Shown one piece after another: positions 19,809 to 23,323 of a stretch of 23,323 nt of DNA. The stretch is taken from assembly GCA_002269645.1 (NCBI GenBank), contig NIVC01002185.1:1-23323 (forward strand), given 5' to 3'. Position 1 is the stretch's first letter, and each line of letters opens with the position of its first letter. A program made the translations under genes and the position numbers. This DNA is from Macrostomum lignano. Its lineage: Eukaryota. The notes below the pieces were generated by a model. It worked only from the letters and a program-made list of their open reading frames with translations, did no database searches and was not told where the DNA came from.

Positions 19809-19814
19809 ACTCAC

Positions 19815-19902
19815 GTCACGATGCCGAAAGCAGAGAAGGCCTCCTTAAGCTGGTGGGATTCAATCTCAGGCGCCAGGTCGCCCACAAAAATGTGATAGTG
19901 GC
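19815..19902 (-). CDS. TIA1: TIA-1/TIAR-family gene, RRM2 first exon (RNP2)
   Basis: (S)HYHIFVGDLAPEIESHQLKEAFSAFGIV(T), compared with TIA1 HFHVFVGDLSPEI. Splice sites CCCTTTTCAG| and AC|GTGAGT; phase 2 matches the exon at 15572. Confidence 0.95.
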
Positions 19903-20603
19903 CTGAAAAGGGTGGCGTGAACAACCGGTCCATTTTAATTCACCTTTCTCTAATCTCTTATCCTTTGGACAAAAAACTTTACAATAAAGCTGCTGCCTTG
20001 CCCACTTCTGCAGCAACTGCTGGCCACAGCCTCCTTCATCAATACCCCCTCATCTTTTGTTAAATTATTCAACAACGCTCATAGATTCTCACTCACTCGC
20101 TCACTCATTGCTGCTCAATATTATAAACTCACTCCTAGCCTTGGCCCCAGCTATTCTTACTTGCAGTGTCCCGCCATCATCTCAAGTCGAGCCCAACCTT
20201 TCTCTCCCTCACTCTCCTCTCCGCCTCACCACAATTCCTCTCTCGCCTGAGTCTTGGCTGCACTCGCGTCTGCAGCAGCCTCTCCGCCTATCCTTGGCTC
20301 CCTTTAGAGGGGGTTTTTCAGCGGATTTTCCCTATTTTTATATTCAACTCGCGTGTCGGCCGCAGTTGAGAATCCAGCTTTGTAGCCTCACGTTATATTC
20401 GTTGGCCCAAAAAGTTTAACCACTGAGCAGGATTGATGGCGTTTAGACCATAGAGTCCAAAGCGGTATGCTGCTGACTGGGTGGTTGCCATGGGGAAATT
20501 CATTCGCGAGATTGGAAGTTTCCAGTTTTTTCTTCTCTAGCAAAGCCCCACTCTCAAGGTCCCGCATAGCCTCAAGTGACCAAGATTGCATAAATGTCAT
20601 CGA

Positions 20604-20919
20604 GGGGTTGTAGGCCAGTGGATAGAGCGTCGGACTCACGACTTGAAGGTCGGGGGTTCGATACCCGATCCCACTCGGAACAATTTGTGTCCTTGAGCAA
20701 GACACTTAACTCTGCATTGCTTCAGCTCAAAAGCTGTAAAATGGGTGCCAGCATTAGCTGGGGTAATTGAGGGTGTATGGTGACCCCCCCTCCCCCCAGT
20801 CCTTGGACTGAACAGCCGTACGCAGCCTTCAGATGCGCCGCGCAATAGCTGCGGCTGAGCTGTAGGTTGCACATCTGCCCAATTGGGGCAAGTGTAATTA
20901 CAATTATTATTATTATTAT
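20604..20919 (+). mobile_element. tRNA-derived CORE-like SINE, copy 4 (near full length, (ATT)n tail)
   Basis: Same head, CORE-like and hairpin architecture as copy 3. A possible short ATCGA duplication flanks it (weak). Confidence 0.9.
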
Positions 20920-21008
20920 CGATGTTAAATTAGAATTTTATCTTAATCTAGTAGTCCAGTCCCACTATCTAAAATAAATCAAAGCACGCGGTCCAGTGGC
21001 TGTCTTAC

Positions 21009-21078
21009 TGGTGGTGTCCAGCTTATGATTTTGCGTTGACAGGGCCAAAGCTGCCGAGGGCAGAGTCACCTGCAGACC
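21009..21078 (-). CDS. TIA1: TIA-1/TIAR-family gene, probable RRM1-RRM2 linker exon
   Basis: TTTTGCTTCCAG| acceptor and A|GTAAGA donor (phase 1, matching the exon at 19902). Translates GLQVTLPSAALALSTQNHKLDTT(S), joining as KLDTTSHYHIFVGDL (TIA1 has KKDTSNHFHVFVGDL). An alternative acceptor lies at 21069. Confidence 0.65.
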
Positions 21079-21196
21079 CTGGAAGCAAAAGGTGTCGGGT
21101 TGGAAACAGTACGATTGAGCCTCAGGTGCGATTCTAATTTGTATAAGATAACTTTAGTCAATTTTTTAATGAAATTCTTTGAAACGCATAAGAGTA

Positions 21197-21250
21197 TAAC
21201 AATAACAATAATAGTTATAATAATAATAATAGTCATAATAATAATAATAT
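21197..21250. repeat. Imperfect (TAA)n microsatellite
   Basis: Directly visible. Confidence 0.75.
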
Positions 21251-21697
21251 AGACACAAAAGTCCTTGAAAAGTATGTTAGGAAAAATGGTTCACAAATCT
21301 GTGAAAAAGAGGAATTAAAATTATTGTTTTAACGTCTATATATTAATCCTGGGTTGCCAGCAACCCATGGCGTTTCACATTTTGGAACGCAATCGGTTCA
21401 TGTTTTATTAGAGTCAGGGGGGCTGTGTGCACCGTGCCGCACTTTAAGCGACATTGTCGCACAGCCGGCGAGAGGCATTGCTGCCCATTCCGCCGACTCC
21501 CCTGAGCAGGCACACAAGCGCGCGGATACGTACGCAGTCATACGTACGCAGGCACACACTCACACAGGAGTGTACAGCGGCCCTAACTTTATTTATCATG
21601 AGGCATGTACACTTCACTGTGTCTTGGGGTTGGCCCTCAAGGCCGTTAATTGCACGAGCAGAGCCAAGCCGAGATTCCAATTCAGCCCCAAATTAAT

Positions 21698-21777
21698 GTG
21701 ACTGCACTTGGAATCGAGCCTGGGCCGCTGGCACATCAGATTGCAGCTCCAGACCACTGGGCTACGCCCCCCCCCAA
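21698..21777 (-). mobile_element. Degenerate tRNA-like / SINE-head remnant
   Basis: Minus strand reads GGGCGTAGCCCAGTGGTCTGG (A-box-like) ... GGCTCGATTCC (B-box-like). No convincing cloverleaf. Confidence 0.35.
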
Positions 21778-22622
21778 GACAGGTTTTAAAATCGAAAAAT
21801 GCATGTAAAATTTTTCCATTATCAAAAAATTGAAAAAACTGACGTAATTTAAAGAGCTTACTTTTTTCAAACAAAATAAGATGTCAATCAATGAAATCCA
21901 GACAAAGATAAAACAGAATTTCTGCACCAAAACTTTTTAAATGTCGATTTTTGCAACGCACTAAAAATCATTCCTGGAAACGGACCCCTGGGCTGGGCAC
22001 CAAAATTTTGTGGAAGTCACTTCAATGTCCGGCCCACTCAATTCTTGTGTCTCTTCTCAGCTCTCTTCTCTCTTCTCTCTCCTTTATTCCCTCTTCTTTC
22101 CTCTCTCATCTCATCCGTTACCCGTGGCTAATGACAAAGAGGGAGAGAGAGAGAGAGGGGTCGCTCTATACGGTAGAAGGATAATTCTGTTGAGGATAAA
22201 AACCGCGGTTTTATGGCGGTGGCTATTCAACAGCCCCCAGCCGTTGTCAGAAGTTATTAATAAAGGGACTGCATGTTAAATCTACATATTATATCAATTC
22301 ATATATTAAGTTGAAATTGCGTTCCCGGACCTACAATGCGCATTGGGAGTTGGCTTTGTCATTCCACTCTATCTAATCCACCTATCCCTACACCGACACC
22401 CCCTGACAGTTGGGTCCCCCCCCCCCTGCTACATGGGGCAGTTTTGCAGCTGCAGACCCCAAGTTTCAGTTTCCTAGAAAAGACATGCTGGTAGAGCAAA
22501 AACTCTGTGGGTGGAACCCAGACTGCTACTACAGTTTACTGCTCCCGTCAGGCAAAAATTACCAATGAGCAATTATGCTTTTTGAGAGGCCGGCACCGAT
22601 GAGAACAGGAGCAGAGAGAAGA

Positions 22623-23323
22623 GACACAATGACCCAGACACGCGACCACGATGAGCAGGTCATGGACACACAGATACCATGAGCCAGACACAATGACATA
22701 ATGAGCCAGACACAGATATCAGTGAGACAGGCTGTCCAGACACAGGCATAATGAGCCAGACACACAGACACAATGAGCCAGACACACAGACACAATGAGC
22801 CAGACACACAGACATACACACATACATAATGAGCCAGACACACAGACACAATGAGCCAGACACACAGACACAATGAGCCAGACACACAGACATAATGAGC
22901 CAGACACACAGACACAATGAGCCAGTCACACAGACATAATGAGCCAGACACACAGACACAATGAGCCAGACACACAGACATAATGAGCCAGTCACACAGA
23001 GATAATGAGCCAGACACACAGACATAATGAGCCAGTCACACAGACATAATGAGCCAGACACACAGACACAATGGGCCAGACACACAGACATAATGAGCCA
23101 GTCACACAGACATAATGAGCCAGACACACAGACACAATGGGCCAGACACACAGACATAATGAGCCAGTCACACAGACATAATGAGCCAGACACACAGACA
23201 CAATGGGCCAGACACACAGACATAATGAGCCAGTCACACAGACATAATGAGCCAGACACACAGACACAATGAGCCAGACACACAGACATAATGAGCCAGT
23301 CACACAGAGATAATGAGCCAGAC
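22623..23323. repeat. 22-bp minisatellite (AATGAGCCAGWCACACAGACAY) with a 66-bp trimeric higher-order unit, runs off the right edge
   Basis: Directly visible. The 22-aa periodicity of ORF 23027-23272 reflects the 66-bp trimer. Confidence 0.96.

Noticed and set aside
18637-19848. 403-aa and 348-aa ORFs of NPESRI repeats
   Set aside because: The 14-bp unit has no stop codon in any frame, so long ORFs arise automatically. The region is antisense within a TIA intron and has no coding features.
4001-20680. Functional tRNA genes at the four SINE heads
   Set aside because: The anticodon loop differs among copies, the acceptor stem is not completed, and each head continues into a shared CORE-like body.
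12100-20919. Orientation bias: all three intronic SINEs are antisense to the TIA gene
   Set aside because: Three copies are too few. The chance of all three being antisense is 1 in 8.
22559-23303. Cys-rich, metallothionein- or keratin-like looking ORFs
   Set aside because: TGTGTGTC-rich 22-bp repeats give Cys/Val in several frames at once, which is an artefact.

Overview
Eukaryotic, intron-rich animal DNA. The style (GC-rich codons, introns filled with minisatellites) suggests a flatworm such as Macrostomum lignano, but that is inference only. Most of the long ORFs in the track are artefacts of tandem repeats. Two spliced genes converge. (1) On +, the last two coding exons (569-1352, 2236-2655) of an uncharacterised protein with an acidic tract, four CxxC pairs and a C-terminal CHY zinc finger. 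(2) On -, a TIA-1/TIAR-family RNA-binding protein gene. I could reconstruct seven phase-compatible exons (21078 to 5882) covering the RRM1-RRM2 linker, RRM2, RRM3 and a Tyr/Ala-rich tail. RRM1 was not found and presumably lies beyond the window. The RRM2 exon has a 1-nt frameshift near 15480. The introns carry nine unrelated minisatellite arrays, and there are four copies of a tRNA-headed CORE-like SINE, three of them intronic. The most striking pattern is that the arrays are anchored on splice sites. All four GTGAGT donors have an array overlapping or starting just after the donor hexamer, and one array is built from copies of the intron/exon acceptor junction itself. Other points of interest are a fold-back SINE with about 70-bp inverted arms between the convergent 3' ends, a hairpin-rich SINE 3' domain, and candidate splicing-feedback elements in the TIA gene.
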